Positions 11,259 to 21,867 of a stretch of DNA of 22,436 nt are shown here, one piece after another. The notes beneath the pieces are model-generated. The model worked only from the letters and a program-made list of their open reading frames with translations, was not told the DNA's origin and searched no databases. The translations under genes and the position numbers were made by a program. The stretch lies in NCBI RefSeq assembly GCF_006345805.1, contig NW_021836935.1:1-22436 (forward strand). Direction: 5' to 3'. How positions within the stretch are numbered: position 1 is the stretch's first letter; the number at the start of each line of letters is the position of its first letter. Source of the DNA: Octopus sinensis. Lineage: Eukaryota.

Positions 11259-11376
11259 GATATGTCCTGTTTGCAGTCACATGTCTCCAAGTAAGTAAAG
11301 CGAGCATGTCCGCGAGCGGACGTAAAGTGCGGCGGCTTGACTCAATGCCAATCTAAGGCTAGACAAACACGGAACA

Positions 11377-11540
11377 TTTTTTTATTTACCTATAATGTCA
11401 TACATAGATATAACAACAAGGTGGGGTCGGGGACTAACAATGGACAGTCTTACAGGGGAGGGGGGGTCCATGCTGTTGTGATTACAATATGAGGGTCAGG
11501 ATGATAAAAACGTTAAGGTTTAAACATTTTAATGAATGTA
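11377..11540 (-). mobile_element. Probable distal 3' UTR and poly(A) end of the Tx1-like LINE
   Basis: AATAAA (11381-11386) merging into an A-run on -, downstream of and co-oriented with ORF2; assignment is inference. Confidence 0.4.
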
Positions 11541-11890
11541 TACTCTTTTACTCTTTTACTTGTTTCAGTCATTTGACTGCGGCCATGCTGGAGCACCACC
11601 TTTAGTACTTATTTTATCGGTCTCTTTTTGCCGAACCGCTAAGTGACGGGGACGTAAACACACCAGCATCGGTTGTCAAGCAATGCTAGGGGGACAAACA
11701 CAGACACACAAACACACACACATATACATATATATACATATATACGACAAGCTTCTTTCAGTTTCCGTCTACCAAATCCACTCACAAGGCATTGGTCGGC
11801 CCGGGGCTATAGCAGAAGACACATGCCCAAAATGCCACGCAGTGGGACTGAACCCGCAACCGTATGGTTGGTTAGCAAGCTACTTACCAC
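11541..11890 (-). mobile_element. SINE family A, 5'-clipped, 41-bp internal deletion
   Basis: Colinear with other copies; starts at gtggtaag on -. Confidence 0.9.
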
Positions 11891-11971
11891 TAAAAATATT
11901 AAATTTTATATAACTTTCCCTCCAAGTTCTATTCCAACCCGCCAGTTTCGAAACTACATATTTTCCCTTTA

Positions 11972-14057
11972 TTATTCGGCCGAGAGAAATTGTTTTCCGC
12001 CTTCTTCTTCATTGACCAGCAACACCAGCACGGCCCCATACATACGCAACTTTCTTACTACATTTTCCCATCTTTTCTCATACACGCTATGAGGCAGGTA
12101 CTTTCTCTCCAGACGGATCTTCCTCACGAGGCGGAAGTTGAACCAACTTTCCAACCCCTGTCCGGAGATGAAGTGACCTGTCTCAATCTCTTTTGCTCTT
12201 GTTCGCCACACTGTCTCTTTCAGTATGGCTACTACGCAGAAAACGGCTGCCTTCCTTTCCTTGTTAAAGGAGGGAGGCAGTATGATCTTAACTATGGACT
12301 CAATCGAAAGCGTACTCTTTCCTCATCTGACATCAGTTGTTTGACATAGGTCACCAACCTCCTCAACTCTCCACAATGTACGAATACGTGCGCAACAGTT
12401 TCACTGACGCGCACGCACATCGGACATGTGGTGGGGGGTTATAACCGTGTCTGGACAACCTCTCCCGAACTGGTAACGCCGAACGATAGCACAACCAAGC
12501 CATGGATTTCTGGAAATTATCCAGGGACCTCGGCCCGAATGTCCTCGCGAACAGGCCGGTTAGTTGTTCATCGTCAAAGCCCAGGGTCTCCTCCAGGACG
12601 TCATCAGACTTACACTCTACCAACCCTCTATAAAATTCTGCAGTGGTAACCTCACTGCCGGTACTGCTCGCTCGGGAGAACAGACTGAGTGCTTGTCTGC
12701 ACTCTCTCTGCCATTCCCCTATCTTAGGCCTCCGCCTGATCCACGTGCTTAAGTCCCGAAGGGACTCCAATTGTGAAAAAAGTTGCTTGGCATGCGGTGA
12801 CCATACCTGCTCACCATCCAGGTAGCACCGGAGGTGTCTCAGCCTCAACGCATATTTGCGCATCATCAGCCAAGGCATCTCCAGTCCACCCTTTAACAGT
12901 TTCTGACAACAAATGGAGCGCCTCACAAGAGGTGGTTTTCCCCTTCCACAAAAAGCAGAAAAGGATCCTTTCCAGCTTGTTCAACCACAAACCGGGGCAT
13001 AAATATCTGTGTGACCTCGGCCCTTCCTAGCAAGGATAATGTCCTCCCAGACCAGGTCTAGGTTTTGGCTGTCACTTTACTTGTTACTTCGCTCCAGTTT
13101 TTCTCCACCTGGAGTTCTGATGCAAACCAGACCCCGAGCAGCTTAACCGGGCCCTCCGTTCAACGTCTGACGACGCAATTAGGAGGCATAGACTTGCCAC
13201 GCCAGGTGCCGAGTTGCAAGCCAACTGATTTTTCCTGGTTAATTTCTGCCCCTGCCACCGCTTCGTATCCTTTGACAGTGTCTTCTACACGAGGTAGCTG
13301 CCCTTCATCAGACACGATGATGGTAACATCATCTGCATATGCCGTTACACTTCTACCATAACATAGATCACGCGGGTTTCCCCCTCCCCAACGTCCCCAA
13401 TCTCCGCAGTAGGGGCTCGAGAGCCAGCACATATAGGAGCGGGGACAAGGGGCAGCCCTGACGAACCGAAAGTTCAGTAGCGAATGGGCTCCAGAAGAAC
13501 CCATTCACCCAGACGACTGATTCGATGTTACAATATAAAGCTTCGATCCAGCCTCGGAAAATCGAGCCCAATCCGATTGCCCGGAGGACCGCCGCCAGAT
13601 ACCGATGGTCGACCCTATCGAATGCCTTAGATTGGTCTAAATTTACCATTGCCCCACCTTTGCCAGGAACTTTACCCACCCTCTCTATGGTGTAGCGTAT
13701 GAGATGAAGGTTGTCGAATATCGTCCTTCCTGGGATGGCGCATGTCTGCGCCTCTCCAACCGGGTCGCCTACGACAATCCTCATTCTCTTGGCTAACACC
13801 TTGGCCAAAATCTTTAACTCTGTGTTTAGTAGAGTTATGGGCCTAAAATTATCCCCCTTGCTCGGGTCTTTCCTGATCAGTGTCACAACTTCTCGGTTCA
13901 CAGATTTGGAAATTCTCCCATTCTGCTGCCAATTCGCGTAAAAACTGGCCAGTATGTTCCCGAACAAGTCTGGCATACTCTTATAAAATTTGTAAGGTAG
14001 ACCATCCAATCCCGGCGACTTGTCCCCGGGGCACTCAGAAAGCACCTCTATAACCAT
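11972..14057 (-). pseudogene. 5'-truncated, frameshifted L1/Tx1-clade LINE ORF2 (RT plus C-terminal zf-RVT-like region)
   Basis: KSPGLDGLP, NFRPITLLN, LDQSKAFDRVDH, VRQGCPLSPLLY (13368-14057); AYADDV and INQEKS (13160-13504 frame); KLLGVW; W..YRSALPVRERL (12363-12926 frame). Several stops and frameshifts. The clade call rests on motif style. Confidence 0.92.
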
Positions 14058-14554
14058 TAATTAACAGCATATTTTTAAACAAACTTGTGGAGCATATTAC
14101 TAATGAATATAGACAGAAATATAACGCAACAAATACTTTACACACTACCTTTACTAAATATACACATATTACATACTAAGTGTATTCTTTGAATCAAATG
14201 TATGCTCGTTATAGAATAAACGACCCCATTATCGAGAATCTCATGAAACGAAGTACAAAATGTTTCATACTAAAGCCATTAACTGACATTAAAATATACC
14301 ACAAAAATGTTAAGATCAAAAGCCACCTTATCAATAGCATACTACAAGCATGTAAATTCCAGAAGAAGCTTCAGATGACCAGCATAATTTATAAATTTTA
14401 CTGTAAAAGTGAATGTTACAAACTTCATGAACAAACTTTGATATTGGCCAGACAAGTATAGCTCTCTCTTTCGTTGGCTCACCATGCATTTACAAGGAGC
14501 AATCGCAACAGACTACAGCACACACTATAAAACGAAGCTAGACAGGGAAAAACC
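14057..14554 (+). pseudogene. Penelope-like element thumb/linker and start of the GIY-YIG endonuclease
   Basis: LINSIF...NQMYARYRIND...IYHKNVKIKSHLIN, IIYKFYC (14384), frameshifted IGQT (14443-14454), LTMHLQGAI (14478). Confidence 0.75.
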
Positions 14555-14760
14555 AGTTCCAAATTTTCACAAAAGGCCAGCAATTTCAGAGAAGATAAGT
14601 TGATTATATCGATCCCTAGTGTTCGACTGGTACTTATTTTATTGACTCCGAAAGGCTGAAACGCACAGTTGGTTCTGGCGGCATTTGAACTCAGAACGTA
14701 GTGTCGTAAGATATACCGTTAAGCATTTTCCGGTGCGGTAACGATTCTGCCAGCTTGCCA
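14555..14760 (-). mobile_element. SINE family B, old monomer of a different tail subfamily
   Basis: Aligns to the array head and unit (atttgaactcagaacgta; ttatatcgatccctagtg); tail related to 22010-22036. Confidence 0.85.
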
Positions 14761-14840
14761 CATTAAATAGGAAAATATTAATAGATAATACATCCATACT
14801 TTATAGAATTCTTCAGAAAAATACATGCTTATAGAAGCAC
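14761..14840 (+). pseudogene. Penelope-like element GIY-YIG C-terminal fragment
   Basis: RKILIDNTSIL (from 14769) and LIEA (14828-14839) ~ LxRxxLxxNTxI...LxEA; continues the fragment interrupted by the SINE. Confidence 0.6.
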
Positions 14841-15214
14841 CGCCCGCCCCAAACAGTAAGCAGTACTCCGGTGTTTGTATGTAAAGGTGTGTGAGTGGTG
14901 GAAGAGTCTTAGCAACTAATGAAGGAAGAAATGCCTTCTGATTTTAATTTTCTATTCTTTGTCATGCGGTTTTGTCTATTTTAACTACGTGGGTGTTGCC
15001 GCAAGAGACAACCAAAGACTGTGTTTCCTTTGCTTGCAGAGCTAAAATCAATTCCCATGAAAATAGCCAGGAGAGGAAACGTGCTCCACAAAACAAACGT
15101 ACTCTAAATAAGCTATATTAGAACTGTGGCTTTGCTAGCTTTCCTCTAATACAAACAATTATGAGACTAGCTACATGCCGAGTATTTAAGATCTTCGATC
15201 AACTGTTCGATGAA

Positions 15215-15472
15215 TTGTAGGTGGTTGAGTATTCCACAGATACGTGTACCCTTAACGTAATCCTGGGGCGAAATCAGTGTGAGATAGTGTTTGAGAAAGT
15301 TGTACCTTTGCGTATGAGATACAGTTGGTGTGACAGGTTTCCACACAGTTTCTGTCTACCCACAATTGCCCCAAGAGCATGAGGTCACCTGAGAGACTTG
15401 CCTAAAAATGACATGTGTGGTTGAGTCTGGGATTTCATGAATGTGAAATGAACGTCTTAAACCACTTGGCCA
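15215..15472 (-). mobile_element. Old, diverged tRNA-type SINE
   Basis: A-box-like tggccaagtggtttaa at 15472-15457; shares cagtttctgtctacc with family A. Confidence 0.35.
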
Positions 15473-15480
15473 TTTGTTTG

Positions 15481-15640
15481 CACATACATACATGCAGGTA
15501 CATATACATACATATTATGGTTGCCCCTCGTTATCGGGTATGGCCATTGCACGAAGCTTAACTATTACTGGTGCTGTGATCGAATGTGACTTTTTAGCCC
15601 AGCTAAAGATCTACAATGTCTTGTACAAAATTGGCAACTA
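15481..15640 (-). mobile_element. 3' end of an RTE-like LINE (C2H2 finger, short 3' UTR, (TATG)n tail)
   Basis: CQFCTRHCRSLAGLKSHIRSQH* (15636-15565) matches the CxxC...S..GL.SH.R.H terminus typical of RTE-type ORFs. Confidence 0.65.
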
Positions 15641-15659
15641 AATAAAACTAAATAAAAAA

Positions 15660-15717
15660 TTACCCTGTTGATGTTGTTGAAATTCCAATGAAGGAGCCTT
15701 GGATCTAGGTTAGAAAC
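15660..15717 (+). mobile_element. Short interspersed repeat fragment
   Basis: Inverted homolog of 5242-5304. Confidence 0.7.
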
Positions 15718-15766
15718 CCGCTTTTTCACTATTGGGAAGAAATCTTGACATAAAACAGAGTAATCA

Positions 15767-15816
15767 CATACATACATACATACATACATACATACATACA
15801 TACATACATACATACA

Positions 15817-15850
<34 letters not shown>

Positions 15851-15870
15851 AATATATACATAGATACATA
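15767..15870. repeat. (CATA)n microsatellite
   Basis: Direct reading. Confidence 0.97.
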
Positions 15871-16001
15871 TGTTTCTTGAAACCCACCACACCAGTCTAG
15901 TCTGGTGGGGTGTCGGTTTACTCGCCGACGACTCGAATATGCAACAGGTTATACTGGATTCCACGTTACCAGTGAGACTAATGAGAGAGCTCACAAGTGA
16001 C

Positions 16002-16784
16002 CATACATACATACACGCACGCATACATACATACATACATACATGCATGCATACATACATACATACATACATACATACATACATACATACATACATACAT
16101 GCATACATACATACATACATTCATACACACATGCATGCATACATACATACATACATACATGCATACATACATACATACATATAAACATACATACATACAT
16201 ACATACATGCATGCATACATACATACATACATACATACATACATGCATGCATACATACATACATACATACATGCATACATACATACATACATACATACAT
16301 ACATACATACATACATACATACATGCATACATACATACATGCATACATACATACATACATATAAACATACATACATACATACATACATGCATACATACAT
16401 ACATACATAATACATACATACATACATGCATACAATACATACATACATTCATACATACATGCATGCATACATACATACATACATACATGCATACATACAT
16501 ACATACATATTAAATCATACATAACATACATACATAATGCATGCACCTACACTACATACATACATACATACATACAAATGCATGCATGACATACATACAT
16601 ACATACATGCATACATACATACATACATATAAACATACATACATACATACATACATGCAAGCATGCATACATACATACATACATGCATACATACATACAT
16701 ACATATAAACATACATACATACATACATACATACATGCATGCATACATACATACATACATACATACATACATACATGCATACAT
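16002..16784. repeat. Long interrupted (CATA)n array
   Basis: Direct reading; CATG and ATAAAC variants recur. Confidence 0.98.
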
Positions 16785-16829
16785 GATGGCTGTATTCCAA
16801 ATAATGCCATTGCTTGACTGTTCTCTTAA

Positions 16830-17344
16830 CCCATTAACTGCTAAAATTTTTTATTCATGTTTTTTGGCTTTGCCAGGTGTATATAGTATTTAAATTATAG
16901 CATATAGTATTTAGATTTTATTAATATGTGAATTATTTTGGAAATTATGATTTTTCGAAAAGTCCCTAATGGGGATCGCAGTAAAACAGCATAATTATCG
17001 TTTTCTATTTGATTGCAATAATAAACATTTTAGTTTTTTTTTAAACTATAGCATTAAATGCGAATGTATGAAATGTCAACGAATGATATAGATAGGAAAT
17101 GCAAAAAAAAAAAAAAGCATTCAAAGCAGTCAATATTTTTGTAGTTCAAAAATTGCGATTTATGACATAAAATGTCCTCTAGAATTGGCCAGAGCTAATA
17201 ACGACAAATTTTAACTACTAAATATTGTTAAACACACCTCTGCAAATGGAATATACATAAGCAATTCACTTTAAATACAACGAACAACCGGCAGTGAGAC
17301 TGTTTTTAGCAGATCCCCAAATGGGACTCATGGCAGGCAATGGG
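16830..17344. mobile_element. piggyBac-type MITE
   Basis: TTAA at 16826-16829 and 17345-17348; TIR cccattaactgc versus revcomp cccattgcctgc; internal inverted repeat agtccctaatggggatc (16961-16977) / gatccccaaatgggact (17312-17328). Confidence 0.8.
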
Positions 17345-18087
17345 TTAAACATAAGTAGCACAGATGTCGCTTTTCATTCCTGCACAAGTGTGGTACCGAT
17401 GGGCCAGTGTTGACTCAGAGACCTTAAACAGCCGTGCTGACACCTGCCTTCATTTCATCATGGAATTTTTCATTAATCATTTTGCCTTTTTCAGCTACGA
17501 CCAGCCATACTAGGCAACACATAACAGGAAATTTATTGGACATGTTGAATATCAAGTGATGTCTGTTCTTTGAGGAAAGGCCTTGCATAGGGCCTATCTC
17601 GCTACCTAAACAATGTATACATTTGCCTCAAAAGAAAGAACCAGGGAAAAATTTGACAAGACAGTCAGTCACCGGCTGACACTCGCTGACGATACATCGA
17701 AGAGGCCAGGGAACAGAAAAAGACATGCACCCAACACCAGAGCTGAAGACACCTCCGAAAGGGGGGGGGGGCGCCACGTCAAAACGGTAGAGGAGTAGGG
17801 GCCGAAACCGGACGTGGTTCCTCCTGATGATGTCTTGAGCTAACTGGATCCTATAAAGGAGCTGTTGTGGTAGCAGACCACGAAACACGGTTGTAATTCC
17901 CCGTCATTGGATGCAAACGAAGTCACAGACTTTAAATCCGAGTAAGCATGAAGAGTGCAGGTCGAAAAGTAAAACTTGTCAAAGGACAGATGAACTTAGT
18001 TGAGTCAACGGCCATCTAGTAGCTGGGAGGGAAAGATCTTTAGTTTTTCGTTAGATATCTCTGTAGGAGAAAAAACCATACATACAG

Positions 18088-18811
18088 GTGCCACTTTGGC
18101 GTGCGATCTGCAATTTAAAGGGAGATTACTTTAGGTTACTTTTTAGTTTACTCTGTGTTGGTGCTACTTTGCCGCATGACCTACGTGAGTGAATTTACTT
18201 TGGTGGGTCATCTACGTGCTTATTTTTTCTTTTTTTCTCCTTTCTCTTTTACTTGTTTCAGTCATTTGACTGCGGCCATGCTGGAGCACCGTCTTTAGTC
18301 GAGCAAATCGACTCCAGGACCTATTCTTTGTAATCCCAGTACTTCTTCTATCGGTCTTTTTTGCCGAACCGCTAAGTTACGGGGACATAAACACACCAGC
18401 ATCGGTTGTCAAGCGATGTTGGGGGGGGGGCAAACACAGACACACAAACATATATACACACATACACACACATATATATACATATATACGATGGGCTTCT
18501 TTCAGTTTCTGTCTATCAAATCCACTCACAAGGCTTTGGTCGGCCCGAGGCTATAGTAGAAGACACTTGCCCAAGTTTCCACGCAGTGGGAATGAACCCG
18601 GAACCATGTGGTTGGTAAGCAAGCTACTTACCACACAGCCACTCCTGCGCCTATCTTAATTATTATTTTGTTTATTCTTGGTTTCTTATTACTGTTTACT
18701 AAGACAGATAAAACATGGTTTTCTTATCATTAGAATAGTAAGAATTTTGAAAAAATACATTTACAATGTCCTACAGTAATCTCCCTTGTAAATCACACGC
18801 CAAAGTGGCAC
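18088..18811. mobile_element. TIR-bounded non-autonomous DNA transposon in (ATAC)n, containing a SINE
   Basis: Outer 16 bp are a perfect inverted repeat (gtgccactttggcgtg), extending imperfectly to ~45 bp; flanks atacatacag/atacatacat. Confidence 0.6.
18243..18654 (-). mobile_element. SINE family A, full length
   Basis: Complete head (ataggcgcaggagtggctgtgtggtaag on -) to tail. Confidence 0.93.
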
Positions 18812-19209
18812 ATACATACATACATACATACATACATACATACATACAAACAAACATACATACATACATACATACATACATACATACATACATACATACA
18901 TACATACATACAAACATACATACATACATACATACATACATACGTACATACGTACATACATACATACGTATATACATACATACATATATACATACATGCA
19001 TTCATACATACACACATACATATACACACATACATACATACATACATACATACATACATACATACATACACGCATACATACATACATCATACATACATAC
19101 ATACATACATACATACATACATACATACACACATACATACATACATACATACACACATACATACATTCATACATACACACATACATACATACATACATAC
19201 ATACATACA

Positions 19210-19243
<34 letters not shown>

Positions 19244-19266
19244 CATACATACATACATATATACAT
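18812..19266. repeat. (CATA)n array
   Basis: Direct reading. Confidence 0.98.
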
Positions 19267-19922
19267 GAATCCAATCTATTAGTGGCACAGTGAAGATTTG
19301 TAAGACATTCCAAAGATTCTCCATTTCTCCATTTGAGTTTCTTATGTGAATAGATGCACACCCTTGGGTGTATATATCGACAGCTCAATCAACACATGAA
19401 CTCAACCACATATTTACAAACACCGGGAACTCTCTTAACTCAAAAAGTCTTGTCGCTTTGTTGACGACCGGCTTGAACTCTCATGAAGAACTTAAAACTC
19501 AAAGAAAGTACGCAATAAAAAGAAAGACAACTTTCAGGCTAAGCGTTTATAAGAAGATATTGGCATAAAAAAATCTCAATTTTTATTGCAGAGATCTGAT
19601 TACACTACATGAAAAGAATTGAAGAGTGCTTTAGAAATGCCATTTACAAAAATCTAACCAAACTATTCAAGCCAAAAATTATTATCCAATAACCCTACGT
19701 CAAGTATAAGATCAATACAGGTTATATGAACCTGTTTTTATACGGTCATTATGCTATCTACGAAGTTTTGCTTTGTACACCTGAGCAAGCTGGCAGAAAG
19801 AAAATGACCGCGATGACGTTGCCGCGGAGAATGTCCAGTACACTCGCTACAGCAGCCATTCTAACTCGTGGATTTCATTTTTGTTTTGGTTTCACATGAA
19901 ATGACACTAACAGCTGGGTGCT

Positions 19923-20347
19923 TTTTACTCTTTACTCTTTTACTCTTTTACTCTTTTACTTGTTTCAGTCATTTGACTGCGGCCATGCTGGAGCACCGCC
20001 TTTAGTCGAGCAAATCGACCCCGGGACTTATTCTTTGTAAGCCCAGTACTTATTCTATCGGTCTCTTTTGCCGAACCGCTATGTGACGGGGACGTAAACA
20101 CACCAGCATCTGTTGTCAAGCAATGCTAGGGGGTCAAACACAGACGCACAAACATATACACACACACTTATATATATATACATATATACGACAGGCTTCT
20201 TTCAGTTTCCGTCTACCAAATCCACTCACAAGGCATTGGTCGGCCCGGGGCTATAGCAGAAGACACTTTCCCAAGATGCCACGCAGTGGGACTGAACCCG
20301 GAACCATGTGGTTGGTTAGCAAGCTACTTACCACACAGCCGCTCCTG
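19923..20347 (-). mobile_element. SINE family A, near full length, with (GAGTAAAA)n tail
   Basis: Colinear with 18243-18654; lacks the first ~7 nt. Confidence 0.93.
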
Positions 20348-20560
20348 TTTCAGTCATTTGGCAGCGGCTATATTGGAGCACCGCCTTAAAGAGCTTTTTT
20401 ACTCAAAGAAATCGACCCCAGGACTTATTCTTTGTAAGCCTATTACTTATTTTATCGGTCTCTTTTGCCGAACTGTTAAGTTACGGGGGTGTAAATACAT
20501 CAACATCGGTTGCCAAGTGATGGTGGGGTGACAAACATAAACACAAAGACATACATACGC
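20346..20560 (-). mobile_element. SINE family A, older 3'-half copy fused to the previous copy
   Basis: tgtttcagtcatttggcagcggc...caacatcggttgccaag; runs into (TA)n at 20565-20621. Confidence 0.85.
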
Positions 20561-20563
20561 ATG

Positions 20564-20622
<59 letters not shown>

Positions 20623-20625
<3 letters not shown>

Positions 20626-21445
20626 CTACCAGACGTGCCTGGTCATTCCCGGGAAAGCGGGACTTATCCCTAGGTTTCGTTCTCATAATTGTTTCGCTAA
20701 TCCAATAACAACAATACAAACTATGTAGCCCTTAAAACGGTTCTTGTACATTTACAGAGAATACCAAAACTGTCTTACACAGGATCTTGTTTTTAGGAAT
20801 TCCCAATAAGTTATGAATACCCAAATTCATGTAATAACATGAAATTACTTACCCGATAGTAAGAATTCAAATAAAGTAGCCCCGAAAAGGGCTTTAATGC
20901 GTTCCCAGAGTATATAGAACATAGAAAGAAATGCTAATAAGGTATGTATACTAAAATCGTGAAGCATGTTACGTAATAACGGGCTAATCACATATGCGAT
21001 AATAACAATTCATAGTAAATAATTCTGAAAATTACCCTCAGCGGCGCTAGTGTCGGTATATTCGTGAATAAGTTACTAACCGAAATAAGTGGATCTATTG
21101 TTTAGGAAAATACTATTTGCTTGTTAAAGAACTGGGCAAAATAACTCTAACAGTTCAAATACTAAGAAATAAGCATACTCAATTTGATTTATACCAAATG
21201 ATTTAGGAAAATGAATGGGCTATTTCCCTTGGCTGCTGAAATGAAATATATTATATATATATATATATATATATAAGGATCCTTTCCACGGACCCTATTA
21301 TCGTTTTTTTTCCAACAATCTGAGTATGCTATGAGTTTTCCATACATGAGCTGTACTCACGTGTCAAGTTTCATCAAAATCGATAAAACTATGTAGGAGT
21401 TATCTCACAACTCCACAAATACACCCACAAGCAGAATTTTCCACA
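20623..21445. mobile_element. Possible non-autonomous Helitron-like element
   Basis: Starts actaccagacgtgcctggtcattcccggg after (TA)n; ends with aagtttcatcaaaatcgata...gtaggagtt, a motif style I associate with invertebrate Helitron-derived repeats. No second copy in the window. Confidence 0.3.
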
Positions 21446-21633
21446 TATATAGTATATATATATATATACAAACGAGCTTCTTTCCGTTTCCGTCTACCAA
21501 ATCCACTCACAGGGCTTCGGTCGGCCGAGGACATAGTAAAAGATACTTGCCCAAGGTGCCCCATTAGTGGGACCGAACCCAGAACCTTGTAGTTACAAAG
21601 CAAGCTTCTTACCACACAGCCACTACTGCGCCT
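21445..21633 (-). mobile_element. SINE family A-related 5' half (diverged subfamily)
   Basis: tttccgtctaccaaatccactcac...ttaccacacagccactactgcgccta. Confidence 0.85.
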
Positions 21634-21867
21634 AGTTCAGTTTTGATTCAAAGCATGTTATATCACTTTAAACACCGTGTTAATCTGCTGTAGTTTGGAA
21701 AAAAATTTTGGTTATTACTATATGACATTGGAAGTCTGTATGGACCGATCTGAAGCTTCTTTCTCTATATTCTTTTGAGATAGAACATGTGAATATTACC
21801 ATTTCTTTAGAAGCTTCCAATCAAGGCTGAGCATCATGTGGGTTTTAATATCCATGGAATAAATCTA

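Noticed and set aside
14180-14461. Independent 93-aa protein gene
   Set aside because: It is the one stop-free stretch of the decayed PLE ORF; motifs continue in other frames on both sides.
15565-15640. Host C2H2 zinc-finger exon
   Set aside because: Single finger immediately followed by a stop, short UTR and microsatellite tail; fits an RTE-type LINE terminus.
17743-17790. Hammerhead at CTGAAGA-cacctcc-gaaa-ggggg
   Set aside because: The GAAA is the loop of the hairpin; the expected GAAAC reads GCCAC and no stem I forms.
17824-17895. Hammerhead at CTGATGA...cGAAAC
   Set aside because: Poor stem II and no stem I complementarity around a cleavage triplet.
19330-19700. Coding exon or LINE remnant (ORF 19368-19568)
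   Set aside because: A-rich with stops in the alternative frames and no motif I can identify; may be decayed LINE but not supportable.
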